Counted from the stretch's first letter, positions 12,935 through 24,204 are shown. The stretch: 64,000 bases of DNA from Macrostomum lignano (GCA_002269645.1 NIVC01001340.1:248001-312000); one strand, 5' to 3'. Made by a program: numbers and translations. The notes: generated by a model not told the origin, from the sequence alone.

Positions 12935-14357
12935 CTGTCTCTGTCTGTCACTAACAGCTAGGCCACCATCCCGCAGCCGCAGCCGTGCCGCATAGTGGAG
13001 GAGCAGGGCCAGCTGCTGGGCCACTGGGCAATATTCCTGACCATGCCGGTAGCGCACACCCTGCTCAGCCTGTTCCTGCCGGTCCCCGGCTGCCCCACCG
13101 GCTACCTGGGCCCGGGCGGCATCCAGGCCAACGGCAGCCGCTTCAACTGCACCGGCGGCGCCGCCGGCTACATCGATCGGCTCGTGTTCGGTGACTGGCA
13201 CATGTACCGGAATCCCACCTGCAGGCGGACCTATCTGACTTACGTGCCCTACGATCCCGAGGGCCTGCTGGGCTGCTTAACCTCCACCTTCATGTGCTAT
13301 CTGGGCTTTGTGGCTGGAAGGATTTTTGCTCACTTCAAAGGCGCTGATTATAGGGCTATTGTAGTGCGACTGTGCTTCTGGGGCATTGTCACGGTGAGCT
13401 CGGGTTCCCTAGGGTAAGTTGGGTAGGTTAGGTAGATAAGCTGGGTAGGCTAGGTAGATAAGCTGCGTAGGTTGGGTAGGGACATAAGCTGGGTAGGTTA
13501 GGTAGATAAGCTGGGTAGGTTAGGTAGATAAGCTGGGTAGGTTGGGTAGGGACATAAGCTGGGTAGGCTAGGTAGATAAGCTGCGTAGGTTGGGTAGATA
13601 GGCTGGGTAGGCTAGGTAGATAAGCTGGGTAGGCTAGGTAGATAAGCTGGGTAGGCTAGGTAGATAAGCTGGGTAGGCTAGGTAGATAAGCTGGGTAGGC
13701 TAGTTAGATTAGCTTGGTAGGTTGAGTAGAGTAGCTGCACTGCTGCAGTTAGTTAGGTAGAGTACCTAGGTGTGTTGATTAGAGCATCTACGTGTCAGAT
13801 AGATTGGGTAGAGTATAGTTGGGTAGGTTCGGTAGCGTAGTCAAGTAGCTCGCTTAAAGTAGCTAGGTAAGTTGGGTAGAGTATAGACTCCAGTTCCCAG
13901 CAGATTAACTAGGTAAGTAATAAATCAAATCTGACAGGCAACTTTCCCACCCGATCCCCGCATGCAGGGCTCGATCGCGGCGGGTCTCAGCGGCCTGTCC
14001 CGCGACACCGGAGCCATCCCGATCAACAAGAACCTGTGGTCTCTGTCCTTCATCCTGGCCCTGTCTGGCTTGGCTTTCATCCTCTTAGCCGCACTGTTCC
14101 TCATCAACGATTATCCCAGACTCGCCGAGCCGCTGTGGTCTGGCAGCCCATTTCACTATCCGGGCACCAACAGCATCCTGGTGTACGTTGGGCACGAATT
14201 GTTGGAATACTACCTGCCAATCACCTGGCTGCCGCCGAGCAGCTGGCAACCGGCCGGCACGCACGCCTTCCTATTGCCCATGCACCTGTGGGGCGCCTGC
14301 TTCTGGACTCTGGTTGCCTGGATACTGCATCGGAATAAGATTTTCTTCAGTGTTTAA
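8473..14357 (+). CDS. HGSNAT: Heparan-alpha-glucosaminide N-acetyltransferase, 9 coding exons, 651 aa
   Basis: Exons 8473-8804, 8952-9088, 10269-10338, 10434-10488, 11149-11435, 12409-12551, 12707-12816, 12962-13393, 13968-14357. All introns are GT-AG, phases are consistent and the total is 1956 nt. Family motifs: [106 protein letters not shown]. The start ATG is the least certain part. Confidence 0.95.
9172..10115. repeat. 21-bp minisatellite (TCCAGACTCCCAACCCTTACA, then TCCAGACTCCAAACCCTAAGA) in HGSNAT intron 2
   Basis: Tandem units read directly, with a polar change of variant along the array. Confidence 0.95.
10506..11008. repeat. 23-bp minisatellite (CCTAGTTCTGGCACTCCTGACAC) in HGSNAT intron 4
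   Basis: Tandem units. Confidence 0.95.
11475..12360. repeat. 14-bp minisatellite (GGATCTGGGATCTA and variant GGGATCGGAGATCT) in HGSNAT intron 5
   Basis: Tandem units. Confidence 0.95.
12823..12948. repeat. (CTGT)n microsatellite making up most of HGSNAT intron 7
   Basis: Direct reading. Confidence 0.95.
13415..13710. repeat. 22-bp minisatellite (GCTGGGTAGGCTAGGTAGATAA) in HGSNAT intron 8
   Basis: Tandem units. Confidence 0.9.
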
Positions 14358-14540
14358 CACGAATTATCGAGAGAAACTGTTAAAATTTTAAATATCATTA
14401 AATTATATTAATTCGTTTAAACTTGATCTCTGTAATTCCGTAAATTTGAATTAACGACCTCCGGATTTATTTTGTTATAAAACTTTTGTGCTACGATTGA
14501 AATTCTAATTTTATTTTAAATTTCCAACCGTGGAACGACC

Positions 14541-14546
14541 AATAAA
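14541..14546 (+). promoter_or_regulatory. Candidate polyadenylation signal for HGSNAT
   Basis: AATAAA about 185 nt after the stop codon. Confidence 0.4.
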
Positions 14547-15882
14547 CGTGTTAGCGCCAGATTTTGTTCAACTATTAATATCTTTACAAAAAAATTTGCG
14601 ATTAAAACTAACAAAATAGGGGATGCTAAATCGTATAGCTGGCATTTTTGTAGCAAATGAAATTATTTTGTTTTGCGCCTACTGTTAGTAGCTACACATA
14701 GTACTATTTTAATGCGGTTTCTGCGCCATATCAAACTTTTACTCTCTTTTGGGGTTTTCTTACTACTGTAAATTTCGGCAAATTTTTAACCCAGCTATAT
14801 TGGTTAATAGCAGTAATACAAATGAAAAAGCAATTCAAGATTATTTGCCAATTGGACTGCGAAAATTTTACAATTTGAATCGTACACAAAAATAAAGATT
14901 TTGAAGACGAAGAATTATCATTATTAATTTATATTATATTACTTGATTTTGCAAGTCAACGTTCACATGTGTTACAGTATTTCTTATTTATAGTTGCATG
15001 CATATACCATACCTACATGTAGGGTAAAGTTGCTTAAGATCTGTATGTTAAGAAACGAGATATCCGTTCTGACTGTTGGTTAAGTTTATACGCATTAAGA
15101 TGATACATTCTGTTGGAATTACTTTCTGCTGTACGAATAAAGCTTGCCATGTCACAAGCCCAAGCCGCAAGACATACGCCCACGCTAATACAAGTGATTA
15201 GCTAGCTAGCAGTTAGCTAGCAGGACGGATTGGCAAACATAAACACCGAGAGTTTAATGCCGAGAGAGTCAGTCTTAACAGTGTATGCGCACTTCATATG
15301 GATTGCGTCGCGGGCGCAGGCGCAGGCCACCAATTCACTCAAGCAACCAGTTATAATTCGCCCAGATTGGTGAATACACGGCCTTTCTGTACACTCACTG
15401 GCTGGCCTCGTAGTTCCGCGCTATCCCCAGCATTTTTTCTCTGCCCGCTCTTATTCGCTTTCAACCCTTCTTGTCTGTCTTTTTAATCTCCCTTCTATGT
15501 ACTCGTACTTGTGGCCTTCAGACAAACCCACCACCACCCCTAACTTTTCCGACTGTAGACGCGCGCCTCGGTGTACACTCGCTATCTTTCCCCACCCCAA
15601 GTCAGGAGTGTAAGTACATTCACTGTCTTTGGCCCCCCAGCCAGGTCAGGAGTGTACATTCAATCAAGTCTGGGGGAGAAGGGGGTTGAAACGAAAGCTC
15701 AGTTTTCTCTGTCTGCCTATTTTGGCGTGAATTCAAGTGAAGAATACGAGCTATATATTTTATAACCCCCCAGACAGACGCTTTTGATCCATTTTTATAA
15801 CTTCACGACCTTGTCTGTGACTAATAGTCAATCAACTTACTAACCCTTAAATAAACTCAGAAAGTACACAACTCCGAGAAGG

Positions 15883-17644
15883 ATGAACAACTTCAACAAA
15901 CAGATGCTGGATTCGCACAACAAATACCGCGATTTGCACCAGACACCGCCGTTAACATTTGACCAGGCCCTGGCCGAGGCCGCCCAGAAATGGGCCGATA
16001 GGCTAGCTGAGAAGGACGACGTTGAGAGCGACCTGGCTTGCCGTAGCGAGATGGGCGAGAATGTGGCTATGAAGTTTAGCTCGGTTAAGAAAGACTTTCC
16101 AGGTGAATTAATGATCATGAATGCTTCATACACTAATTATTTATCTTGTCTTTATCTTGTCTATTAAAAATGATCGAATTTCTGAAATCTTTTGGGTGGT
16201 GAGTGATGATTCTCTCCCAGTGTAACTGCGACCATCTATAATTTTCTTCACGCACTTTTACTTACACCCAAAATACCCACACAGGCGGAGAGTTCACTGA
16301 CTACTGGTACGCGACTGTGGCAAAATACGACTTCAGCGGTAGTACACCTGTGCAGCCAGGTACGTACTTTAAATTGGGAATCTGGGATATCCTTTCTTAT
16401 AAACTTTGATGTATCATGGCGCCCCCTCAAAAAATGGCGCCCTGTCAAAAAATGACGCCCCCCCTCAAGTAAAATGGTGCCCTTCAAATGAAATGGCACG
16501 CCCTTCAAATGAAATGGCACCCCTTGAATGAAATAGCGCCCATTAAATGAAATAGCGCGGGCGCCCCTTAAATGAAATGGCGCCCCCTCAAATGAAATGA
16601 CGCCTCACTAATGAACCTGATCTAACTCGCGTGTTCCAATTTCCAAGGCTCGCCAGTGCTGTCATTTTCCCAGCTAGTGTGGAAAAGCTCCACTAAAATG
16701 GGCGCCGGCAAGGCCGTCTCCAAGACCGGCAAGGTGTACGCCGTGGCTCGCTACAGCCCCGGCGGCAACTGTGTTGGCCAGTTCGCTGACAATGTCCTGC
16801 CTACCAGGGACGGAAAGCTGCCCGATTTTGTCACTAAACAGGCTGGCGGAGATGGCCGTGAGTTTTTTGCTAACTAGAATTAAATTTACGTGTTTCTCGA
16901 TACAGCCTACTTGAAGTAGAATAGGGTTGAAAGATTCGCTAGATTCGTTAAGTGGGTAAAAAATATTTTCAAAAGTACAATAAGTACTATTTAAAAGGGA
17001 ACGGATAGGGTGTCACTGTCAGGACCAGGAGAAGGTAGATAAGGTAGAGAGAAAAACACAGAGAGGTAGAGAGTAGAATATGAGAGAGTAGAACACTGAG
17101 AGGTAGAGGTAGAGCACAGAGGTAGAGAGTAGAGCACAGATGTTGAGTAGAACACAGAGGTAGAGAGTAGAACACAGAGTAGAGAGTAGAACACTGAGGT
17201 AGAGAGTAGAACACTGAGAGGTAGAGAGTAGAACAGTGAGGTAGATAGTAGAATATGGGAGAGTAGAACACTGAGAGGTAGAGTTAGAGAGTAGAGCACA
17301 GAGGTAGAGAGTAGAACACTGAGAGGTAGAGAGTAGAACACTGAGGTAGAGAGTAGAACACTGAGAGGTAGAGAGTAGAGCACTGAGGTAAAGAGTAGAG
17401 CACAGACTGACTGACGGTGGCTCAGCTGATATCCATCGCAGAAGAAATCGTGGAGAAAATCGACGACCCGAGGCCCACAATCGGCGGCAAGCACCCGGAG
17501 GACGTGCTGATTGAAGCCTCTAAGATCACCAGAATCGAGGGCTTCAAGAAGGTGGTCACCCTGGTTGAGCGCTATCGCAGCGCGGACGGTAGCACCTACA
17601 CCAGGGAGAAGAAACGTGAATACACCGGAGCTCTGAGGAAATAG
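15883..17644 (+). CDS. CAP/SCP-domain protein (GAPR-1/GLIPR2-like, no signal peptide) with C-terminal extension, about 235 aa
   Basis: Exons 15883-16102, 16285-16359, 16648-16857, 17442-17644 (all introns phase 1, 708 nt). Motifs: LDSHNKYRDLH, AQKWA, GENVA, WY, FSQLVWKSS, VARYSPGGN. An acceptor at 15860 and a possible tiny upstream exon 15257-15267 (ATG CCG AGA GA|gtcagt) could extend the N-terminus (tentative). Confidence 0.88.
16425..16610. repeat. About 19-20-bp degenerate repeat (GGCGCCCCTCAAATGAAAT) in CAP gene intron
   Basis: Tandem degenerate units. Confidence 0.8.
17030..17400. repeat. GA-rich degenerate minisatellite (AGAGTAGAACACTGAGAGGTAG-like) in CAP gene intron
   Basis: Tandem degenerate units. 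Confidence 0.85.
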
Positions 17645-17802
17645 CGAGATGAAATTTTATTGACCTACAATCGTTCGCTGACCCAGTGGATCAAGTTTTT
17701 ACTGCTTCTATAGTTGTTAATTCCTTGTTATTTAATGCAATCTAAAGAGTTATTGTTAATTTATAGCTTGAAACGGAGCAGTTGATTCCTCAATGGGAGA
17801 AT

Positions 17803-18116
17803 CAAGCTATTGAAGTCTGGCTTTTCATTGTCTATGGCCCAAAAGGGGGTCTATGGCCCAGAATGGTTCCATGACTCAAAGTGGTGTCTATGGAAAAAGG
17901 AGGGTCGGTCTATGGCCCAGAGGGGGTCTTTGGCCCAGAATGGGTCTATGGCCCAAATCCCGTGTGCCTCTCAAAAGCAGAGCTGGACGGATCCAAGGTC
18001 CCGATAAATGTCCATAGATTCAATAGACTGATTGCGCGCCCAACATTCCAAAATCGGCTGCTCCACAGACACCCTTTATGGCCATAGACAATGAAAAGCA
18101 AGTTTTCAATGGCTTG
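17803..18116. mobile_element. MITE-like element with about 37-bp inverted repeats
   Basis: CAAGCTATTGAAGTCTGGCTTTTCATTGTCTATGGCC versus the reverse complement at 18080-18116. Internal GTCTATGGCCC repeats. TSD not evident. Confidence 0.6.
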
Positions 18117-18584
18117 CTTCCATAAGCCAATAAGTATTGATTGATGGCTTGCTCTCAGGCTCAGCTTGGCTTGGAAAATGCTATAGTGCAATTGTGCAAT
18201 AATGTTAAATTTTGATGGAAAATGGACTAGTAGCTCTAATAGTAGAACTAATTAGAACTAATTGATTGAAATAATTCAAGATATTCAGTAACTAAATCTA
18301 AACCTAATCTAACTATACCTTAGATTAGGAAATATTGTCAATTGGCTTCTCCGGCTATATATGTAGCGCGGTATTATAATAGGCAATTCTATTCCTAGAA
18401 CACTAGGCTGTAATTAACATACTGATTGATTGGAGCAAGCGAAATCTGGCTTGCCGTTAAAAATAGAATTAGCTACTTCATTTTGCTTCCACATCAGTAA
18501 GATATGCAAATTCTTGCTATATATGCTATTGTGTGGGCGAGCATACAGAATGCCACTTGAACAGGCTCCTTCGGCTATCTGCCT

Positions 18585-19150
18585 CACTCTCGACACACCA
18601 GAGTGCCGCCACATGCCTCACTCCTGACACCACCAGAGTGCCGCCACATATGCCTCACTCATGACACCACCAGAGTGCCGCCACATATGCCTCACTCATG
18701 ACACCACCAGAGTGCCGCCACATGCCTCACTCCTGACACCACCAGAGTGCCGCCACATGCCTCACCCCTGACACCACCAGAGTGCCGCCACATATGCCTC
18801 ACTCATGACACCACCAGAGTGCCGCCACATATGCCTCACTCATGACACCACCAGAGTGCCGCCACATACTGTATGCCTCACCCCTGACACCACCAGAGTG
18901 CCGCCACATGCCTCACTCCTGACACCACCAGAGTGCCGCCACATGCCTCACTCCTGACACCACCAGAGTGCCGCCACATGCCTCACTCCTGACACCACCA
19001 GAGTGCCTCCACATGCCTCACTCCTGACACCACAGAGTGCCGCCACCAGCCTCACTCCTGACACCACCAGAGTGCCGCCACTAGCCTCACTCCTGACACA
19101 CCAGAGTGCCACATGCGGCCATGCCTCACTCCTGACACCACCAGAGTGCC
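18585..19150. repeat. 35-bp minisatellite (GCCTCACTCCTGACACCACCAGAGTGCCGCCACAT)
   Basis: Tandem units, some 37 bp. Confidence 0.95.
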
Positions 19151-19914
19151 GCCAAACGATTCAGTTCAGTGGCTTGATGAAAATCAAAAGTCAACTATGC
19201 ATTTGAAGAGACAACAAGAAGAAACGTGAAGAAACATTTGAAAAAACAAACCAATGGGCCAAAATTTAAATAGGAAACGCAAGCCTATGAAGTAAATAGG
19301 AACTGCAGCTTGTGAAAATCGATACTTCTGCTTCTAGCAGAATTGAATTGGCTTTTTCCCTTTGATGGTCAAAGGAAATTCTTCAGCTTTGCCTCTGTCT
19401 CTCCAATCCCCCGTGTTTTTACAGTCAAGTCCAAGCATGTATAAGGACGCTATAATTCAGCACATTTACGCGGTATTCCACTTTTACTGCTTTGTAGCGA
19501 GCGAGCTTAATTAAAATTTATGTTGACTGTTTTGCTATTAGTTGTTAATAACTATAAGTTGTTATAATTAGCTACTCGAATATTACTAGACTGCAATAGC
19601 TTTGCACCAGACCGCAGTAAGGTCTGAGTTCACTATAATTCATGTCCTTTTTGCTGCTGACGGAACTGAATTAGCGGCTCTGACAATTTTTTATAGGCGA
19701 GTTATTTGATCTTTCACTGAATTTGATTTCACTAATTAACGGACTTTACGGTACTTTTCAGTTGGCTTATTAGTTTGTATGGGCCGGAGTTTGCAGGCCA
19801 TTTAGACAACATGCGGCCCGCGAAGCTGCAGCTCTGTCCGGCCCTCGGGTCTTTTTATTTTTGTTAGCTTCACAACCTAATATATTAGGTAAGAGTTTTC
19901 TATCTCGTCTCAGA

Positions 19915-20415
19915 TCTGTCCTCTCTCCCTCTTCTCTTGTCTCCTCACTGTCTTCTCTCCTCTCTTCTCTGCTGTCCTCTCCCTTTTCTCTCCTCTCTTC
20001 TCTGTCCTCTCCCTTTTCTCTCCTCTCTTCTCTGTCCTCTCCCTTTCTCTCCTCTCTTCTCAGCTGTCCTCTCCCTTTTCTCTCCTCTCTTCTCTGCTGT
20101 CCTCTCCCTTTTCTCTCCTCTCTTCTCTGTCCTCTCCCTTTTCTCTCCTCTCTTCTCAGCTGTCCTCTCCCTTTTCTCTCCTCTCTTCTCTGTCCTCTCC
20201 CTTTTCTCTCCTCTCTTCTCTGCTGTCCTCTCCCTTTTCTCTCCTCTCTTCTCTGTCCTCTCCCTTTTCTCTCCTCTCTTCTCAGCTGTCCTCTCCCTTT
20301 TCTCTCCTCTCTTCTCTGTCCTCTCCCTTTTCTCCTCTCTTCTCAGCTGCCCTCTCCTCTCTTCTCTGTCATCTCTTTTCTTCTCTATCTCCTCTCCCCT
20401 TTTTTTCTCTCTCTC
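19915..20415. repeat. CT-rich array of about 30-bp units
   Basis: CTGTCCTCTCCCTTTTCTCTCCTCTCTTCT repeated. Confidence 0.9.
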
Positions 20416-21570
20416 TGAGGCGGAAGGCCTTTTACCTCGTAGATGTAATGGCAGCGAAGGTTTTGTGCTGCTTTGCGTATTTATTTATATTTACAAGATT
20501 GACGGGCCTAGGGAGGTGCGAAAAGGTGGCGTGCGTGATAGGCTGTGCCAACCCCCCCCCCCGGCTTAGCGAGCCGTCTATAGCTCGGTGCGCACCCCAC
20601 CCCACCTCAGCTGGACAGAGGTTGGGGGGTTTCCAGTGCGGCTGCACTGGTGCTTGCCGGTCGCGTACAGTCCGGCCGCCACACAGCTCCCCCCAGCACC
20701 CAGGTAGGCCCCGAACGTCGGGTGATAGCCGAGGCAGCGAGAGTGCCGAGGAGCGGGCGCCGAAAGCATCGGAGGCGGCGAGGCGCCGAAGACCGCGGAG
20801 CTGCGGGCGCCGAAAACAACCGGGCGCCGAAAACAGCCGGGCACCGAAGACAGCAGGGCACCGAAGGCGGCAGGGTGCTGAAGACAGCAGGGCGCCGAAG
20901 GCGGCAGGGGCGTGAGGCGGGCGCCGAAAGCAGCAGGGGCGCGGCCGGACCACACTCAAGGCAATCGACAGTCAGTTGCCACCGTGAGCAGGGTCGATGC
21001 TCCTGCACAGAGGCTGGGGACGTTAAGCTAGCAACAGCAACATTTTCTTCTCTATCTCATTCTCCTCTCCTCTTTTTTCTCTCTCCCTAATTTAATTTCT
21101 CATTCTATCTCTCCGATCCTATATCTTCTCTATCAGCTTTTCTCTCATCCTATTTGTCCTCTCTCGCTTCGGTTTCTCCTCTCTTCACTCATCTCCTCTT
21201 TCCTCTCCTGTCCTCCCGTCTGACCCGCGGTCACGAGCTGGATTATTTATCTAGCCTTAAGGCTTAAAAAAGTTTGCAAACCTGGTGTACATGATGTACA
21301 GTACTCGTACATAAATACAAACGCCTTTATGCTGCATATAAAGGGCACGTTCATAAAGAAGCGTGGATGACTAGAGGTTGGGTTAAATTGATGTTTTTGA
21401 TGGCTGATCGGGGCTGCTTAAACCCGTCGCAAATCTTCGGGCAACATCAATGTAATTATCATCTCGAGCTCTTGCTCGCCAGACATCAAGGGAAAAAAGT
21501 GAAACATTTTTATCTCTAGATGAACCCGTTTGACAAGGCAAAGGAACTTTGTGATCAACCTGGAGTAGGT

Positions 21571-21865
21571 ACCAAGGACTACTCAAGTAACATATATAGG
21601 ACGCTTCTACACTCGAAATCTAAGGTAAATGTTTTGAAGGCAACTTTTCGCCGAAAAATACACTACAGAGATAGGTTTAAATTTTTTCAGCACAAAAATT
21701 GTTATTGCTTTCGATAGGAGGCAGATCCAGTGTTCATCTTTTTATATGTTGTGTCTTTGTTATTGCTCTATCAATATTCATAAAGCTTTTTCGGCGAAAT
21801 GTTGCCTTCAAAACATTTACCATAGATTTCGAGTGTTGCGTCCTTCTACTTAAGTTGTCCTTGGG
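21571..21865. mobile_element. Foldback/MITE-like element with about 80-90-bp imperfect inverted arms
   Basis: ACACTCGAAATCTAAGGTAAATGTTTTGAAGGCAACTTTTCGCCGAAAAA (about 21610-21659) pairs with about 21788-21838; pairing extends outward to CCAAGGAC/GTCCTTGG. Confidence 0.6.
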
Positions 21866-22836
21866 AGGTACATGTAGGTAGTGCATGACTACTACTACTA
21901 AGGTCTAAGGGTGCTGTGTTCGTCACTTGTCTTTCATGTTCATCACTAATAATGGCTCTTCGCTAGCGAATCTCGAATATTAAATAATTGAATAAGTGAG
22001 ATTCGAGTGTAGTCGCTTGGAAAATAACACCTTTGAAATACGAGTATGAGGAATTTCAGTTAGCTAGTTGCTACGAGAGCCACTGTCTAATCAGCTGTTT
22101 TGTGCTGCGTAGAGAGACGAAAGAACTGGGATTTAATTAATAAGTAGCTAGAATGTATTCCGCACCTAGAACACCTGCTGCACTATGTCCAATGTCTAAT
22201 CAAAGGCATATATCGGATAATGAGAAAGATAAACAAGCCATGGGGCTGCATGTCAGACATGAGAGAATCACAGAGTTCACTAAATTCAATTAATTCACGT
22301 TCCCGGCTGGGCGAAGAAAGCAGAAATTATAAACCTAGCGTGGATGTCGTGTTCAACAGCACCGCTTAATTGAACCGAGCTCAAAGAAGACGCTGTTCCC
22401 CCGATCCAGCGCAGTGCAGGAAGGAGTACGACTGCAACTGACATCAAAGCGCCCAGTAACGTCTGAACAGAGATTAAGAGTAATACGGAAATTGAATCTG
22501 TAATCACAAGTCGGCTATTCTAAAAGCATGCGCCTGATAATTAACGAAACTAAGAATCGCCTAGGAAAAGATATACGAGTAGCTTGCAGGCCGCGGGCGG
22601 ATTCAGGCCTAACTGAGCAAGGCAGATCGACAGCCTGACGGGCATTGGGAGGGAGAGCAAGTATAGAAAGTCCCCAAGTCTAAATGCGAGCCAATGGAAT
22701 CTGCAGGAGCACTAGGATTTGAGCTCGTAAGACGAATGGCGGCTCGACTATAAAAATAAAGCATCAACAGGAGACTCTGCCGCAGTCACGATATTCCTAA
22801 CTACAGTAATTAGCCTTTGAGAAAGCTCTGGGAGCC

Positions 22837-23973
22837 ATGCTGGCACCGATCGACAGTAACAGAAGCTCGGACAATGGCAACGAGAGCAGCGCCTATTCCA
22901 TAGTGCAGCTGGTGATCGGCACGGGCCTGATGCCGCTGGCCTGCCTACTTGGCATCGCCGGCAACACTCTCTGCCTGATGGTGTTCGTCAAGCCCAAGAT
23001 GAGAACTTCAACTAACATCTACCTGCTGGTGCTAGCATTCGGAGACCTCATCAAGCTGATCAACGATCTCATGTACACCGCAAGCGTACTGTGCAAGTAC
23101 TTCACCGTCGGTGGCGACAGTTTTATCTACGTCAACTACTACCAGTTCGGCTACTTCCTGTCGCAGTATTCTTCCTCTGTGGCAGCCTGGATGACCGTGG
23201 CAGTCGCTTTCGAACGCTTCCTAATGATTGTGTATCCGACGGAGTGTCGCGGCGTCCTCACCGTTGCCAAGGCGACCACGGCGTGCCTAGTGATCGGCCT
23301 GACCGTCCTGCTGCTCACCGTGCCAATCGGCCTGCGCTACCGCAAGGTGCCAGCGATTGACGGCGGCTACACTTTGAACGTGACGGACCTGTGGAAGAAT
23401 CACTTCGCCGGAGCCTATTCAATTTTCCAGTCCAGCTTCCGCTGCATCGCCCCTCTGGCGCTATTGATCGTGCTGAACGCCTGCATCATCGTCAACGTGC
23501 GACGGACCAGGGCGAACAGGCGACTGGCTGCTCGGAACCGCATCACCCTCATGCTCATCATCGTGATCTGCATCTTCATAGTGTTCGCCCTGCCCGACGC
23601 GGCCATGACTCTGTACGGCCTCGGCTATCACGAGGTCAGCACAGACGCACAGCGGATCGCCCGCGAGGTCACCGACCTGCTATTGACGCTGAATTCAGCG
23701 CACAACTTCTTCCTCTACATGTTCTTCAACACCATATTTCTAGAGGTGTGCTTGGACTCGTTCTGCAGCTGCCTAAACAAAGAGCGCAAGGCCCGCCTGC
23801 TGCACAGCCAGTCGCTGAAGGACAAACGAATCGAAGGCGACGATGATGAGGACGGTAAAATGGACAGAAACGACAACAACGGCAACAACAATGCCAATAT
23901 AGAAGAGGCTGAGGAGCCGATGGAGCTGCATCCGATGGTGTCTGGCAAAGCCGGAAGCCAAGTGGCCGCCTGA
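22837..23973 (+). CDS. Intronless class A (rhodopsin-like) GPCR, FMRFamide/peptide-receptor-like, 378 aa
   Basis: Single ORF with seven hydrophobic segments. Motifs: GIAGN (TM1), MRTSTNIYLLVLAFGD (TM2), ERF (TM3), LP (TM6), NSAHNFFLY (TM7), typical of invertebrate FMRFamide/Srw-type receptors. Confidence 0.92.
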   Translation: MLAPIDSNRSSDNGNESSAYSIVQLVIGTGLMPLACLLGIAGNTLCLMVFVKPKMRTSTNIYLLVLAFGDLIKLINDLMYTASVLCKYFTVGGDSFIYVNYYQFGYFLSQYSSSVAAWMTVAVAFERFLMIVYPTECRGVLTVAKATTACLVIGLTVLLLTVPIGLRYRKVPAIDGGYTLNVTDLWKNHFAGAYSIFQSSFRCIAPLALLIVLNACIIVNVRRTRANRRLAARNRITLMLIIVICIFIVFALPDAAMTLYGLGYHEVSTDAQRIAREVTDLLLTLNSAHNFFLYMFFNTIFLEVCLDSFCSCLNKERKARLLHSQSLKDKRIEGDDDEDGKMDRNDNNGNNNANIEEAEEPMELHPMVSGKAGSQVAA

Positions 23974-24204
23974 GTCAATCAACTTGGCTTGGGCAAAATA
24001 AACAAACAATTATTGGCTTCATGACATTTGCGTTTTCAAGTGAAACTGTGAATTTCCTTGCTTTTCAAAATGCCCCCCCCCACCCCAGGCTTGGAGTAAA
24101 AAATGCTTTGGAGCTGCTTTATGCCTGAAATAAACGGATAGAATATTAATATTAATCATACTTGCATCGTGAAATATACAAGTTACAATATTTGACGAGC
24201 AACT

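Noticed and set aside
20432-21090. Overlapping GC-rich ORFs on both strands
   Set aside because: Driven by GGCGCCGAA repeats and high GC; no domain and no coherent splice structure.
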